Shown: piece after piece, positions 24,881-38,259 of the stretch
How the letters are laid out: each line of letters begins with the position of its first letter
Numbering within the stretch: the stretch's first letter is position 1
Origin: Octopus vulgaris
Lineage: Eukaryota
DNA length: 64,000 nucleotides
Direction of reading: 5' to 3'
Assembly: GCA_951406725.2 (NCBI GenBank)
Contig: OX597822.1
Location: forward strand, 47,492,001 to 47,556,000
Program-made: the position numbers and the translations under genes
Notes under the pieces: generated by a model
What the model was told of the DNA's origin: nothing
What the model saw: the letters and a program-made list of their open reading frames with translations, nothing else
Databases searched by the model: none

Positions 24881-25404
24881 AATTTATCGACCCCGGAAGG
24901 ATGAAAGGCAAAGTCACCCCTGGTAGAATTTAAATTTAGAACATAGCAACGGGCGAAATAGCTAAGCATTTAGCTTGGTGTGCTAACGATTCTGTCAGCT
25001 AACTGCCTTGATAATAATAATAATCCTTTCTATTATAAGCACAAAGCCTGAAATTTGGAGAGGAAGGGACCAGTTGGTTACATCAATCCCAGTGCATAAC
25101 TGGTATTTAATTTATCAATCTCAAAAGGATGAAAAGCAAAGTCGACATCTGAACAGAACGTGAAGACGGACAAAATACTGCTAAGCATTTCACCCGGCAT
25201 GCTAACGATTCTGCTAGCTTACCACCTTAATAATAAAGATAATAATAATTGTATGATTGTTGTTGTTTGATCACCTCTCATTTTGAGATTTATGATAAAA
25301 GACATTTATTCCAGCCATGATCATCATGTTATTTCCAGACACAGTTCACTCATACTACATTGTCTCATATACCCTCCTCCTCTTCTCACATTTTCTTATT
25401 ACAG

Positions 25405-25490
25405 GTATTCAGTTCCCGATGCACCATTCTCTGTCCCCAGTAAAATCACTGTCAAAGAACTGAACAGTCTTGTCAATGGATTGCTAAAAG
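25405..25490 (+). CDS. WDR12: WDR12 exon 2
   Basis: ttttcttattacag acceptor; YSVPDAPFSVPSKITVKELNSLVNGLLK matches WDR12 YAVDDVPFSIP...LSNIINKLLK; GT donor at 25491. Confidence 0.92.
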
Positions 25491-26038
25491 GTATTCTCAT
25501 TATTCAAACTTTTGTCAAGTCTTTCCTTTTATTGGCAGCAGCAGACTGGCTGCGTTATTAGAGCATCATTTTTTTTGGACCCCCAAGGCCTCAGAAGTTC
25601 AGTTACTCAGTTCCCATGGTGTAAGTTACTGAGATCACAATCTTCACTTTGAATGGAATCCTAGTGCATTGCAGGGTTCAAGGCCAACAATTTTTGAGGG
25701 GAGGAAACAATTTGTTTATATCAGCCCCAGTACTTGACTAGTAGTTTATTTTATTGACCCTGAAGGGATGAAAAGTTAAGTTGACTTTGGTGGGATTTGA
25801 ACTCAGAACATAGAAGACCAGAGGAAAGCATTTTGTCCACTGTGCAAACGATTCTGCCATGAACATTTATTGATGATATTCATGTGTTGCGTATACTTTG
25901 TATTACATTGCATTTGTAATGTTTATTTGTCTGTATATTTATGGATGTTTATTTTAAAAGGTAACCAGCACTCTGTATGTTACCCTATAATGTGTCGTTA
26001 ATGGTCTTTGTTTGCTGTCTTCTGTTTCATGTTCCCAG

Positions 26039-26145
26039 AAGCCCTCACTGACACACCAAAGCTGGTTGACTTTGATTTCCTTATCAAAGGAGAATTCCTT
26101 CACACAACTCTTCTTGAGCACCTTGTTCAAAGCAATATCTCCACA
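26039..26145 (+). CDS. WDR12: WDR12 exon 3
   Basis: EALTDTPKLVDFDFLIKGEFLHTTLLEHLVQSNIST (FDFLIKG motif); cccag / gtaagt boundaries. Confidence 0.95.
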
Positions 26146-26639
26146 GTAAGTAACGTATGTCATTCAGCTGTGACCAATACCACTGCAACCAATCATTACC
26201 ACTATCACTGCTGCAGCCACTCACATCACAACAGACACAAAGATACAACCATCATCATCATCATCACAAACACTACCACCATTTATGCAATCAGTAACAC
26301 CACCACTATAAGTACATACACACACAGTGGGCCTCTTTCAGTTTCTATCTCCAGATGCTCACACAAGGCTTTGATTGGCCCAGGGCTATAATAGAAGACA
26401 CTTAACTGAAGGTGTCATGCAGTGGGACTGAACCTAGGACCATCTTGTTGAATGTTGGGAAGAGAACTTCTTACCACACAGCTATACTTGCCAGTGCCAC
26501 GTTAAAAGTACCCAGCACACACTGTAAAGTGGTGTTGGGAAGGGCATCCAGCTGTAGAAACCAATTTGAATCAGACTTGAACCTGGTGCAGTTCTGCTTG
26601 CCAGCTCTGGTCAAATTGTCCACCCATGATGATGATGAT

Positions 26640-27605
26640 ATACATATAGAACATCATTTTCATACATCTTTTGACAATGCTAGCACGGGTTGGATGGTTT
26701 GATTGAGCTGGAGCTGGAAGGCTGCACCAGACTCTAGTCTGATTTGGCATGGTTTTCTATGGTTTCCTAATGCCACCACTCTGAGAGTGTAATGGGTGCC
26801 ATTTGCATGACACTGGTATCTGCCACGACTGATTTTGCTTGCCTTGATGGATCTTCTCAAGCAGGACATAATGTCAAAGGTCTTGTTCATTGCCTCTGTG
26901 AGGCCTAACACGTGGAAGGAACTCTGCCATCTCACCTCCGTGAGGCCCACTCGAAAGGAACTCAGCCACTCTGCCTCCATCAGGCCCAATGCTCAAAAGT
27001 ACTCAGCCTCTTTGCCTCCGTGAAGCCCAACGTTCAAAGGTTGATTTTTTTTTTTTAATCTAACATCTATTTCCATGTTAGCATGATTTGGACAGTCTGA
27101 CAGGATCCAGTGAGCTGCAAGGCTGTATTGGGCCCCAATGTCTGCTTGGACATGGTTTCTATGGCTGGATGTCATTCCTAATATCAGCAATGTTACAAAC
27201 TGTACTCAGTACTTTTTTCATGCCATTGGCACTAAAGAGGTTGCCATGTAAACCTGCAAGGCAGAAACGTACAAGGAAAAAAGATAAACTTCCACTAGTA
27301 AGAAGGAAGGTGAAGTGTGGGGGAGGGGCCACGTGTGGGAAGGCTAAAGTATGATAGAGGGATGAGCAAGTACAGCTTTTTACCAAAGGTCTCGGTCACT
27401 AGTCATTGCCTTCATGAAGCCTAAAGTTCAAAGATTATGCTTCACCACCTTGTTCCATGTCTTCCTGGGTCTATCTCACCATAGGTTCCCTCCACAGAGA
27501 TCAGCACTTCTTTACACAGCTGTTCTTGTCCTTATGCACCACATGACCACACCAGTGCAGTTGTCTCTACAGATGCTTACACACTGTCATACATGCACAC
27601 TGACA
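26640..27605 (-). mobile_element. RTE 3'-end remnants with short tandem units and nested SINE, WDR12 intron 3
   Basis: 27380-27605 matches the RTE C-terminal region at 4415-4690; about 39-bp repeats gcctc(c/t)gtgaggcc at 26890-27040. Confidence 0.7.
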
Positions 27606-27669
27606 TTGCACAAGTGTATTTTCCTTTATAAAATTTACAGTTCAACTTTACAATTTTTAAACTTTTCAG

Positions 27670-27776
27670 GAAGATGTTATTGAAGTAGAATACCTCGAGA
27701 GACACCCAGCACCCCAGCCTGAAGATTCCCTTGTCCATGATGACTGGGTTAGCTGTATCCATGGAGGGAAACAATA
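27670..27776 (+). CDS. WDR12: WDR12 exon 4
   Basis: [35 protein letters not shown]; ttttcag / gtaagt. Confidence 0.95.
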
Positions 27777-28254
27777 GTAAGTTACTTCCGACATGCTCTT
27801 CCTCCTCTTCTCACTCTGTGATCCTTTCATTTTTATTCTGTTTCTGTCCTTCACACCAGTGGTTCTCAAACATTTTTTGCCTTTGGGCCCTTTTTGATTC
27901 CAATTTTACTCAAGTGGACCCCACCAATGGTTATTCAATGTTTTAAAAACGTCTATTTTATTTTTATAATTAAAGCTGTTTTTCTCATGGCCAGGCATGT
28001 TTCACAGAAGATTGGGAGTGAAGGCCACTGCTTGAATGACAATACCACTTGCTTACAACCATCACACAATATCAAAGCAAGGAGACAGGGCTTCTTTTAG
28101 TTTCTATCTACCAAATCCACTCAGAAAGCTTTGCTTGGCCTGAGGTTATAGTAGAAGACACTTGCCCAAGATGTCATGCTGAGGGAGTGAAACTGAAACC
28201 CTGTAGTTGGGAAGCAAACTTCTTTACCATACAGCCACGTCTGCCATATAAATA

Positions 28255-28730
28255 CATTCAAGCATGGTCGATGCCAGTCCCTCCAGACTGGATCCTGTAC
28301 CGGTGGCATGTAAAATACACCATACCAATGTGGTCGATGCCAGTACCATCTGACTGGCTCCTGTGCTGATGGCATGTAAAAGCACCATTTGAGCATCGCT
28401 GATGCCAGTACTGCCTGACTGGCTCCTGTGCTGGTGGCCCATAAAAAGCATCATTCGAGCATGGTTGTTGCCAGTGCCGCCTGACTGGCTCCCATGCCAG
28501 TAGCATGTAAAAATCACCATTCAAGCATGGTCGATGCTAGTACTGCCTGACTGCCCCCCCCCCCCCGTGCCAGTGGGATGTAAAGAGCACCCACTACACT
28601 CAGAGTGGTTGTCATTAGAAAGGGCATCCAGCTGTAGAAACTTGCAACCTTCTGGCTTGCTAATCCTCAGTCAAACTGTCCATCCCATGCCATCATGGAA
28701 AGCAGACGTTAAACGATGATGATGATGATC
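28255..28730 (+). repeat. RTE-tail element with about 64-bp minisatellite (about 5 units) and (GAT)n tail
   Basis: Repeats of gatgccagt..gactggctcctgtgc..ggcatgtaaaa; the same unit occurs inverted at 3960-4250, 35605-35820 and 36860-37040. Confidence 0.8.
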
Positions 28731-29012
28731 TGAATTTATTAGTCAACCTAAAGCCATGGTTAGAAGTCACATGACTTTACTCCCTATAACCTTGTAGTGC
28801 TTGATAAAGCTTTGTATGTAGTTGTTGTACTTGATATAGCTCTATGTATCTTTGTGGCATTGGACAGTTCTATGGAACCGTTTGATATATGATGACATAG
28901 CTCTGTAGATCTTGTGGTTCACACGGCCCTATATAATTTGTGCTATGTGAAGAATTAACATTTAATTTATATCTTTTTTGTTCCTTATTTTTATATTTTC
29001 TTCTACCTTCAG

Positions 29013-29128
29013 TATATTATCAGGTTGCTATGACAACACTATTCATATTTGGAACAAAGAGGGTGTCAACTTAAAGACAATATCTGGACACACAGCACCG
29101 GTTTTGTGTGTGTCTTGGATAAAACATG
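29013..29128 (+). CDS. WDR12: WDR12 exon 5
   Basis: [41 protein letters not shown]40; ccttcag / gtaagt. Confidence 0.95.
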
Positions 29129-29219
29129 GTAAGTCTTTTAAATGTATTCTATAATTAAGGATGTTTCTTGAGTTGCCAGTTTAGTGCCTCTTACTAGTTT
29201 CAGCACAAAAATTCTTTGT

Positions 29220-29460
29220 TATGCCCCTGCGTGTTTTTAGTTTGCTCTAACACTTCTCGTTTTACCACAAGCAAATGCTGATGTGGAGAGAGTATTTGGC
29301 CACATGAATTTTTTGAAATCAAACAAGCATAAATGCTTAAGCATAGAAATACAAAGGAATTTTGAACATCAAACGCAAATTTAAATCAAGTGGTAAATGT
29401 TACAATTGTAAAGTACCTAGCAAACTGTTAAAGAAAATTGGATCCATAGATGCTTATAAA
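29220..29460 (+). mobile_element. hAT transposase C-terminal dimerisation-domain remnant
   Basis: LPQANADVERVFGHMNFLKS near 29263-29325 resembles P.SNA..ER.FS. Confidence 0.6.
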
Positions 29461-30222
29461 TGATGTGAAGCTGCAGCTTCATCATCGTTTAATGTCCATT
29501 TTCCATGCTGGCATGGGTTGGATAGTTTGACTGAGGTCAGGAGAGCCAATGGCTGCACCATGCTCTACATCAAAATAAAATTGGTCAGGAATTCTTTGAA
29601 AATATTAAGGAGTACAAATACAGTAATTAACTTCATTTAATTAGATTGGAAAATTTTAATATAAATCTTTTGATTTTTACACCATTTTATGTGAGTTTTT
29701 GGTGCTTTCCACTTTTAACTATTGAAATAGTCATCATTTTTTTGTTTGGTGTGTTTTCCATGCTGTCATGGATTTTATAGGAGCTGCACCAGGTTCCATT
29801 ATTTGTTTTGGCCTGGCTTCTACGGCTGGATGCCCTTCCCAATGTCAATCACTTTACAAAGTGTACTGGGTGCTTTTACATGGCACCAGCACTGACAGGG
29901 TCACCAAGTATCTTGCAAGACAAAATCCCCTCAGCTGGGAGTAGTGATGATAGGCTTTGTGTCCGTTGAAGGATATAAGATAGAGGGGACAGAAATAATG
30001 CTATTTTGAATTAGCAACTCTGGCTATTACTGTGATTGCATATGCTCATGAGGTATTTGTGCTGAGCGTAGAAGGGTTAACAGACGGAGAAAGAGAGCAA
30101 GTGTTGGGTGGGATGGGGTGGTGGTATTACTTTGGTGTTTGATATTTACATTGATTTCTTGTTTCTTCTTCTTCCATGTTTTACCTGAAATTCTAACAAA
30201 CTACAAAACTACATTAAAAAAG

Positions 30223-30380
30223 ACGAAAGTCCTGTCTGTGAATTTGTCACTGGCTCCCATGACCAAACATTGCTACTGTGGCAGTGGAATCCCAAAACCA
30301 AAGAAGTGAAATGCAATTACGTGTGTCGTGGTCATTCAGCCAGTGTGGATTGTGTGGCAGTAGACCACACCAAAAAAAGG
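30223..30380 (+). CDS. WDR12: WDR12 exon 6
   Basis: DESPVCEFVTGSHDQTLLLWQWNPKTKEVKCNYVCRGHSASVDCVAVDHTKKR; donor gtaagt; acceptor is an atypical A-rich AAG, the only nearby AG that keeps frame. Confidence 0.88.
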
Positions 30381-32144
30381 GTAAGTTCAGATGGCTTTAA
30401 CTAGATTCATTCCTGTGGGGCCTCACTTAATATTGTCTGGTTGACTAAAATAGATTTTGGAGTAAAGATTATATAATAAAGGGTGGCTAGCAAGAATAGG
30501 AGCAATGATGAGGATGCTGCCACTGTTATTGTTGTTTAGCCCCTGGTCAAGCAGACATAGTTAAAGGCATTCTAGCTTTGAGCATCTCATCTCTTTTCTA
30601 GACACAGGTGCAAGCATGGTTGTGTGGTTAAGAAGGTTGCTTCCTAATCATATAGTCTTTAGCTTCAGTTCCACTGTGTGGCACTTTGGGCATGTCTTCT
30701 ACTATAGCCTTGGGTCAACCAAAGCCTTGTGAGTGAATTTGGTAAATGGAGACTAAAAGAAGTCCATCATATATGCATGTATGTATGTGTGTGTTTGTGT
30801 ACCCTTGTCTATACATCAGGTATTGGTTGTAAATGAGCATCACTGTCATACAAGCAGGGTTGTTTGCTGTCTTCCATAGAAAACCTGTCTGGCCATGGGA
30901 AATAATTACTGTGCATGGAAATAGATAAGGGTTGGCAAGTGGAAGGGCATCCAGCTGTAGAAAGTTTGCCTAAATAGACTCTGTTCAGCCTGTGCAAGCA
31001 TGGAATAGTGGACGTATAATGATGATGATATATCGTCATCATTGTTTTAACCTGCACTTTTAATTATTGCAGAGGTTAAATGGAGTTCATTGAAGCAAAT
31101 TTTCTATGGCTGGATGCCCTTCCTGTTGCTAACCCTTACCTGTTTCTAAACGTGGTAGCATTTTCCCTTAGTTTGGACATGATTTCATGGAAGACTGCAG
31201 ATATCACCACTTATATAATGGTGAAACTTGTTTACAATTAGCGTGTGATATGAAGACAAGGATACACATATATATGTGTGTGTGTAATAGGTTTCTTTTT
31301 AATTTCTATCTACATAATTTGCTCTCAGAGATTTGGTCAGCCTGAGGTTACAGTAGAAGACATTCAGGTGTTGAATGGATTCTTATTTAAGATGGTGTAG
31401 TATGGCTTAAGGGAAATTTAGCTGTTTTTTCTAACAGGTCAAGTGACCACGTGATCACTCTTGCTGATGATGAGTATTGTTGATAATGACGGACCTATTG
31501 AGAGCAGTGATAAAATTTATGATGGTAGTTGTCAAGATGACATGGTTGTTAAAGTTTCAAGTATATTTAAGAGAATCAAGGCTGATGGAGTTATCAAATT
31601 GTTGGTGTATTTGCTGAGGCGGGGGGTGGGGGGGTCAAAGTGCCATACTTTGTCTCCGTTATGGGCCTTTGTCTAGGACAGAGGCAGTAGTTGTAAATAG
31701 CTAATACCATGGTTAAGTGTAGTTTATTATCTCTGAGATGTACCAGACAGTGGCAACTTAAATATTCCTGTCTTAGTTACTAAGACAAGAGTAATTAAGT
31801 TGCCAACTGCATAACGATGACTACATTAAATGATGAGGCTCTCTGTACAACCAGCCAACTTGTTAGAAATAGCAACCAAATCTCCATTAAATTGCACTCT
31901 GCATTTGCATATATATAAATGACACATTTAGTTCAATATATCCCTAAAAAGTTGTGATGGTCATGGTTGGATCATAAGTATGCTCAATACTCGCTGACCT
32001 GGGGCTAAACAACAACATATAGCTTCCATTTTCTTCTCCTTAAGGTCCACTGGTGTTCCTCATTGTATTATTGCCAATGTAAACCTCAACCACCACCACA
32101 ACTAATCTAGGTATTTCATTTCATTTCTCTTTGGTATCTTGCAG

Positions 32145-32190
32145 ATGTGCAGTGGTTCCTGGGACAATATGCTGAAAATCTGGTCTACAG
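32145..32190 (+). CDS. WDR12: WDR12 exon 7
   Basis: MCSGSWDNMLKIWST; ttgcag / gttagt; 46 nt. Confidence 0.95.
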
Positions 32191-33835
32191 GTTAGTAATG
32201 AATGTTTTATTGTGAGTGGATTTGGTAGATGGAAAATGAGAGAAGCCTTTCCTGTATACATGTATGTATGTATGAGTGTGTGTTCATGAGCTACTTGTAA
32301 ACAAATGTCACTGTCATATAAGCAGGGTCATTTCTTGGCAATTTTCTGTGAAAAAAGTGCAGTCATTGAGTTGTGTCCTCCGCCTAGGGAAGGTGGGCAA
32401 CAGGAATGATATTTGGCTACATAAAATCTGCCTTGAGGAATTTTGTCTCATCTATGTAAGCTTGGAAAACTGAATGGTAAAACAAGGATTTTAGCATTAT
32501 CATCATCATTTAACATCCATTTCCTATGCTGGTGTGGGTTGGATGGTTCAACTGGAACTGGTATGCCAAAAGACTGCACCAAGCCCTGCTATTTGCTTTG
32601 ATGTAGTTTCTACGGCTGGATGCCCTTCCTAATGCAAACCACTTCATTTTCACCCTACTTTCTCTCTCTTTCCTGCTAGAGTAGTCTTAAAACTCTTTTA
32701 CAAGACACCTCTTCCTATCCCTCCCTCCTATATTAGCCTCTTGACATCTCTCTGAATGCTGTAAAAGGGTCTTTTCTGGCGAGTTTCTTGGTGACTCCAC
32801 CATTGCTGGTGGCATGAAAAAAGGCAACCAGTACACTCTGTAAAATGACTGGTGTTAGGAAGGACATCAAGCTGTAGTAACCTTATCAAAACAGATGATG
32901 GAAACAGACACAGACCTCAGACTAGTGGATCCTATCAAACCCTTGACAGCATAGGACATAGACATTAAACAACGATGATGATACCATTTGTGTGGGGAGC
33001 AGTGTAGTTGATTGAATTGATCCAGATATTTAAAACCCTAATAAATGAAAATGATGGATTCACCAACGTCAATGAAGGCAAGAATTGAACTGTGGACCTA
33101 AAGAGATCTAACTAAATACTGCAAGCATTTTGCCTGATGCTCTACTGATTCTACCATCTACTATTTTTTAATAATAACAGTTTCTCGCATTGGCACAAAG
33201 TCATAGGTTTGTGGAGGAGGAGGTGGTTAAGAAGTTTGCTTGTCAACTGCAAGGTTTCAGATTCAGTCCCACACTGTGACACATTGGGCATGTGTCTTCT
33301 GCAAGGGTCTCAGGTTGACCATTGGCCCTTGTGAGTGAATTTGGTAGATGGAAACTATAAGAAGCCTGTTGTGTGTTTGTGTCTCCTTATCTTATCATTG
33401 TGTGATTATTGTAAATAAATGCCATGCATTTCCAATATTCTGCAAAAAAACATGTCTAGCCATCAGGAACTATTACCTTATTTGGAAACAGATGAGGGTT
33501 TGTGACAGGAAAGGCATTTGGCAACAGAAAATCTGCATCAATAAACTCCTTCTGACCCATGCAAGCATGCAAAGGTGGACGTTGGAACAACAATACTGTT
33601 GATGGTGAAATGTATAGAGAGAGAGAGTTACATTAATATTCCAATTCTTTCTTTTAATAACCCCAGAAAGGATGATGGTGAAGGTGTACTGCAGTAGGAA
33701 CTGAACTTAGAACAAAAACAGGCACTTAACTGAATACTTCTGAGTATTTCCCTGTTGTTCTATCATTTATGCTAAGCCATTATCCTCTAATAATGATAAT
33801 AACAACAGATTGTAATAATGTCTTTGCTTTTCCAG

Positions 33836-33927
33836 TTGCCGATGACAACACAGCCGAAACAACACAGGATGAAGAGGTGAACTTGCTGAAGAAGAAGAAA
33901 ATCTGTGGTTATAAAGCAGAGTTAAGA
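33836..33927 (+). CDS. WDR12: WDR12 exon 8
   Basis: VADDNTAETTQDEEVNLLKKKKICGYKAELR, the acidic/basic loop of WDR12; ttttccag / gtaagt. Confidence 0.9.
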
Positions 33928-34559
33928 GTAAGTGATCTACTTGACTGTAAACTTGGGGACAGTTTAAAAAAAAAAAATTTATAGGATTATAGTTCTAGGT
34001 TAATAAGGCAGCGAGCTGGCAGAAACATTAGCATGCCAGGTGAAATGCTTAGCTGTATTTCGTCTGTCTTTATGTTCTGAGTTCAAATTCTGCCAAGGTC
34101 GGCTTTACCTTTCATCCTTTTGGAAGCAATAAATTAAGTGCTAGTTACGTATGCGGGTCGAAGTAATCGACTGGCCCCCACACACCCCCAAATTTCATGC
34201 CTTGTGCCTAGAGTAGAAAAGAATATTTCTATGTTAATGAGGTTTGCTCTTTATAAGAACCCTCTCACTTCTCTGTCAACTTCTTTTTTCTCCACATCAA
34301 TCATCATCTTTGTTTTGATGACTGCTTTGCCTTGTTTGCATAGCTCAGGAAGAATTTCATTGAGGCAAATTTTCTACAGCCAAATGCCCTTCCTGTAATT
34401 ATATTTATTTTATTATTCAAATTCCCCCATGGTTGACTTTGCCTTTCATCTTCTCAGGGTCAATAAATTAAATACCAGTCAAATTCTAGTCCTTGTGCCA
34501 ATGCTAGAAACCATTATTATTATTGCCTTTACACAGCTTCTAATGCTGGAGATGTACTA

Positions 34560-34715
34560 TGGTGTCAGCTGTTCACTACCACTAAACTTAGGAAACACCC
34601 CTTATTTTTCGAGCACCATCCGGAGCAGTTCCAAACAGTGCTGTTTTCTTCAAGTGCTCCACCCTTAGTGCAGTCCCTATTTCTTCCACTTCTTGAGATT
34701 TTTGCTCACTGTTCC

Positions 34716-34718
<3 letters not shown>
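34560..34718 (-). mobile_element. RLE-type LINE extreme 3' fragment
   Basis: Frameshifted GTVSKNLKKW..EIGTALRVEHLKKTALFGTA, like the LQK.ALLGTA terminus. Confidence 0.55.
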
Positions 34719-34748
<30 letters not shown>

Positions 34749-36322
34749 TACTATTGAAATGGATTGGCGGAATAAGACCATTAGAAAAATGCTTTACAGT
34801 TTTTTTTTTTCTGGCTCTTTGTGTTCTGAATTCAAATCCTGTTGAAGTTGTCTTTGCATTTCATTCCTCCAGGGTCACTTAATGGTCTACTTGTTAAGTA
34901 CTGGGGTCAGTTTGTCCCCTCTCCTCAAAAGTCTTGGCCTTTTACCTATATCAAAAACATTTATTATTATTATTATATGAAGCCCAGTATACCCATCTGA
35001 TAAGGGTACGCCAGGCTCATGTATCACAACCATGAGATATACGAAACCCAATATATCCATCTGATAAGGGTACACTGGGCACATGTATCACAACCATGTG
35101 CGCGACATGGTGATCTCATATCAAGATAAACAGCGCATGACCTTGCAGGTGGAGCCTAGTTAGAATTTTCTTCAGGTCGAGTAGCCCAATCTGCTGAAAA
35201 AATCCCTGAATAAGGGTCGTTTAAAGATGTTGTATGAAACACCCATGTTTCCAGTGGTGAATTATTCAAACTCCAAAGAATTCCTCTCAACAAGTGACTA
35301 TGATGCTCCCCCACTACTTCTGCTCTTGATCAGAGATGCACATATTGTCAGCCACTAAGGGACATGCTCAATTGGTTACGGTCAAATAACTGACAAGCAA
35401 ATCTGTGGTATTGAGCAGAATATTTGCCAAGCCCATCTTTCTTACCACCATCATTGTTTAACGTCTGTTTTCCATGCTGGCATGGGTTGGACGGTTCAAC
35501 TGGGCTCTGGAAAGCCAAGAGGCTGCAGCAGGCACCAGTCTGATTTGGCTTGGTTTTCTACAGCTGGATGCCCTTCCTAATGCCAACCACTATGAGAGTG
35601 TAGTGGGTGCTTTTTACATGCCACCAGCACAGGGGCTAGCATCAACCACGATCGGCTGGTGTTTTATGTGCCACCGGCATGGTAGCCAGTCAAGGCAGTG
35701 CTGAGATCAGCCATGTTCTGATGGTGCTTTTTATGTGCCATCAGCATAGAAGCTATTCAGGGCGAGGGGGCTGATATCGACAACGTTCGGATGGTGCTTT
35801 TTATGTGCCACCGGCACAGGGACCACAGCTGCAATTTCCACTTGATTGTGATAGGCGGTGAGCTGGCAGAAACATTAGCATGCTGGGCGAAATGCTAAGT
35901 GGTATTTCATCTCTCTTTATCTTCTGAGTTCAAATTCTACCAAGGTCAACTTTGCCTTTCATTCTTTCGGGGTCGATAAATTAAGTACCAGTTGTGTACT
36001 AGGGTTGATCTAGTCGACTGACCCCCTCCCCCAAAATTTCGTGCCTTGTGCAGAAAAAGTTATTATTATTGGGATAGATTGGCAGAATAAGACCATTAGA
36101 AAAATGCTTTATAGTTTTTTGTTTTTTTTCTGGCTCTTTGTGTTCTGAATTCAAATCCTTTTGAAATTGTCTTTACTTTTCATTCCTCCAAAGTCACCTA
36201 ATTGTCTGCTTGTTAAGTTCTGGGGTCAGTTTTATCAGTTTGTCCCCGCACCTCAAAAGTCTTGGCCTTTCATCTACATCAAAAACATTATTACTATTAT
36301 TATTATTATTTTCTTTCATTAG

Positions 36323-36463
36323 GTTCCCCTGCTAACACTGGCTGGTCACTCAGAGGGAATATCATCACTGTGTTGGGTGGATCGTAATCAAATCTGTACT
36401 GCATCATGGGACCACACAATGAAGATTTGGGATCTGGAAAGAGCTGAATCTTTAACTACAATG
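36323..36463 (+). CDS. WDR12: WDR12 exon 9
   Basis: VPLLTLAGHSEGISSLCWVDRNQICTASWDHTMKIWDLERAESLTTM; cattag / gtaaca. Confidence 0.95.
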
Positions 36464-38259
36464 GTAACATTTATTTGCTTTCCCTTTTTGATTTTAAATT
36501 TATTTTATTTTTCTTATTTATTGAAGATATTTAGTTTTTTGTAAGTGCAGGCATGGTAAGGAGCTTGCTTCTCAACCACATGGTTCCAGGTTCAGTCCCA
36601 CGGTACCTTGAGCAAGTGGCTTTTACTATAGCCTTGGGTCAAACAAAGCCTTGTGAGAGGATTTGGTTGACAGAAACTGAAATAAGCCTGTCATATATAT
36701 ATATATATCATCAATCATTGTTTAATGTCCGCTTTCCATGCTAGGATGGGTTGGACTGAGGACTGGCGAACCAAGATGGCTGCACCAGACTCTAATCTGA
36801 TCTGACAGAGTTTCTATAGCTGATGTCCTTCCTAACGCCAACCACTCCAAGAGTGTAGTAGATGCTTTTACGTGCGACTGGCACGAGAGCCAGTCAGGCG
36901 GTACTGGCAACAGCCACACTCAAATAGTGCTTTTTATGTGCCACCTACACAGGAGCCAGTCCAGTGGCACTGGCAACGACCTTAGTTGTATGTTTTTTCA
37001 TGTGCCACCAGCACAAGTGCCAGTAAGGCGACACTGGTAATATATGTGTGTGTGTCTGTTTTCTGCCACCACTGCTTGATAACTGGGGGTGTTGGTGTGT
37101 TTATATCCCCATAACTTAGCAAAGGAGACTGATAGAATAAGTACCAGGCTTTAAAAAAAGGTACTGGAGTATTTCTTGAAGTGAGTGCTCCACCATGGCC
37201 ATGGTCTAATAACTGAAACAAGCAAAAAATAAAAGATTTGTATGCTAATAGTTTATGCTTGCTATTTGAAGGAATTTAGATATGAGGGAGTTCATGATTG
37301 TTCAGTGAATAGAAGAGTGTCAGCACTTCACCCAAAAGGGACATCTGTCTAGTTCTCTGTGGCCAAGAGATGACTGGTACTAAAGCACATACTCTCTCCC
37401 TTTCTCTTGTGTAAATAAATAGAAGTCAGTTCTTTGTATCTCTCACTCTCATTGGTAAAAAGGGGTTGAGTGTTCCTTTCCCTGGTGTTAAGACAAGTTG
37501 TCTTCACCTGCCCCCCTCAAAATGGATTTATATGTTTCCTTCTGTGGAGTCAAGGGGAAACTGTCTTTCTGCATGAGACAAAATGAAATACTTTAGTTTG
37601 TAGGTCTGTCTTTGTAAATATGTGGCTGTGTGCCATAAGCGAGAGCTTGCGGTGCCAACAAGAGAGAATGTATTTAGTTATTCATGTGAGACTATTATCG
37701 AGAAGAGCAGGAATTCCAACATCACACTCCTAGAAAGAGAATGGGAGTCCACCAGACTTCTTAAGGATCCATTATTTTGGCACAAGTCCAGTATTTTTCA
37801 CATCATTATTCATTAGCTGACCTACAACACATAAGTTGTTAATCTCCATACTTTAAAGTCTGGAACTTATTCTGTCAGTCTCCTTTGCTAAGTTACAGGG
37901 ATATAAACACACCAACATCCCCAGTTATCAAGCAATGGTGGTAGACAGACACATGCTATTAAAACTGTGGGATGTACGAAGGTGAGAACAGAATGAGTAT
38001 CTATACTGTATTGAGAGGCTGCAAGGATGGGGATGCAGCACAAATCTTTTTTACCTAAGCTTCAACATCCTATTTTAGTAGAAACAAAATGACAACCATG
38101 AAAAGTGTTTCCTCAACAAAAGTAAAGCCAGTTTACACACACACACACACATTCTCTCTTCTCATCTGTATTTTTCATTTGAAAGAACTCTGTCACTCTG
38201 CTCTGCCGCCATCATATCCAGTGCATGTCAACGTGTTATTCTCACCATTATCTTTGCAG

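Noticed and set aside
25491-25500. WDR12 intron 2 donor GTATTCTC as a U12 site
   Set aside because: Deviates from GTATCCTT and no U12 branch sequence near the acceptor
28255-28590. CRISPR-like periodic array
   Set aside because: Whole units are homologous with no unique spacers, eukaryotic context, and the unit is part of the RTE 3'UTR
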